The position numbers and the translations under genes are program-made. From assembly GCA_965112155.1 (NCBI GenBank), contig OZ218101.1: a stretch of DNA of 64,000 bases, one strand, 5' to 3'. This DNA is from Podarcis liolepis (lineage: Eukaryota). Below the pieces are notes generated by a model. That model had not been told where the DNA came from, made no database searches, and saw only the letters and a program-made list of their open reading frames with translations. How positions within the stretch are numbered: the first letter of the stretch is position 1; every line of letters begins with the position of its first letter. Positions 62,201 to 64,000 of the stretch are shown piece by piece.

Positions 62201-64000
62201 GAATTAACAAGTGTGAAATTGACACAGACCAGAAATAGACTTACAGATTCACCCCTAGTATTGAAGCTCTAGGAAGTTCCATGGACCCCACATGGCAATT
62301 CTGTGCTGCACAAAATAAAGCTATACATAAGTGCACCATGTTGTCAGTGCAAAATATCCTCCTCACTTTAAAGCAGTGGTGGGGAACATCCAGCCTAAGG
62401 GCCTAATCAGGCCTGTCAAGCCTTCCATTTGGCCCATTACATCAGGATTTGGACAGGTAAAAACTGAAAAGGAAGAATCAGAAGCACACTTCAAGCATAC
62501 TCCTGGTCTTTTCTTTCCAGCTGGTGATTTTTTTAAATATGCTTTTTCTTGCACGGTGTCAGAAAAAAAGGCACTGAATCAAAAAAAGCACCAACAGCAA
62601 GGGAAGAATTGGAAATACACATAGTGTATTCTTCCTTTACACTGGTGGCTTGAATTAAAGCTGTGGCTGAAAAGGAAGACAAGAAGAATCAAGACTGTGT
62701 TTCTGACGCTTTAATTGCAGGAATAAATTGGAGTCGCCTAATGTCCTGATGATAGGTGAGTGACAGGAGGGCAGCCCTGTCCATTGGTCAAAGGGGCCCA
62801 TGAATGGGGGGCAGTTCTGGATCTGGCCCTCTGGCTGGACCACTGCTGCTTGAAAGAATGGAGACTTTGGGAGTGGGAGCTAAGCATATTGTTTGATTTG
62901 ACAGTACATATGTTGCCATGAGCTGGATATTTTTTGGTCAAAACCATGATTAATTACAGAACCCATTTTCACATTTCAAAACTGAAACATATGCAAACAC
63001 TAATGAAATATTGGGACTGCAACATAATCTGTTGTTTCCAAACAGCACACATTGTTCAGTCTCATACAATGTGGTTACTAATGTGGTAGGTTATCAGTTT
63101 TCTTTATTTAGTGAAAACTCCCAGCATTTGCCAGCCGTCTTGGTGCCTGCCGTTGGTAGTATTACGGCTTTCCTGTACCATTGCTAGAGCGCACTCAGTT
63201 TATAGCACCAATAATTAATATGGATGATTTGATGTATTGGACCTGATCCAGAAGCCAGACTCACACTCACATGCCACAGTACCTAATACTGTGGGCTGTG
63301 AAATGGCTTGTTTACGGCTTTAATTGCCAAAAGTTCAATAGCTCCAACTCCAGCTCTTTGGAACGCATAGGAACCTTCTGCAAGTGACACTTCTAATCCA
63401 CAATAACTGTCTGCAGATCCAGATGGCACCAACAACTGTGGTGTGAAAACAGTGACAATAGTGCCAGCCCCTCTGTGCTGTGTTTGGTACTTGCTCCGCA
63501 ATATGCCTTTCCATTCGCTTTCTCTTTGGGTATTAATTTTAATTTAACTCAGTGTATATATTTCATTTATTTTCAGTCAATTTATACATTCCATAGGTGA
63601 TTCATAATAACATTGCTGAAGGAAGCCGCTGTTCGAATGCCCTTCAACTAATTGTCCTTCAACTAACTAATTGCTTTTACTACTTTAAAAACAGCTCTGT
63701 TCCCTAGATAGGTGTAGAACGAAGCCACTGCTGTATTGAGAGAAAGACTACATTCAGACTGCTTTTGTTGGAAACTACACTGCATGCAAAGCCCCGTTTG
63801 AGCATTATAACAAAGCACTTAAAATGGCTTGTTGCTTTTCGTCTGTTGAAAAGCCACTCGTTCTTGCTCTGCTTATACTTGACACCGAAGGTGTCTTTTC
63901 CACAAAGGTATCTGGCCGCTTTTGCATTTGTGTTCAGTTCAGGAGAATTATTGCAATTCTATCCCACAGCTGGGTCTACTATCAATGCCCCCGAGCCCTG

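Overview
Vertebrate genomic DNA from a squamate, most likely a lacertid lizard judging by the Sauria- and Squam3-type SINEs. The window holds the 5' half of the homeobox gene ARX on the minus strand. Coding exon 1 is 3761-3953 and exon 2 is 1907-2606; exon 3 onward was not found and lies beyond the left edge. ARX sits in a CpG-rich, largely transposon-free domain (about 1-10.7 kb) that ends at a strong CTCF-like motif. About 53 kb of AT-rich upstream sequence follows, with no recognisable host protein-coding gene. It contains SINEs, Tc1/mariner-type and hAT-type MITEs, CR1/L2/L1/RTE LINE fragments, short palindromic repeats, microsatellites, one 372-N assembly gap and several candidate enhancer blocks. 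I see no convincing previously undescribed biological system. The most notable observations are an ARX exon 2 lacking the mammalian polyalanine tracts, the CTCF-like motif at the CpG-domain edge, a three-layer nested insertion with a 47-bp target-site duplication (TSD), and a CR1 remnant that keeps ORF1 and the endonuclease but lacks its reverse transcriptase and 3' end. Repeat family names are from recall of consensus features and need database confirmation.
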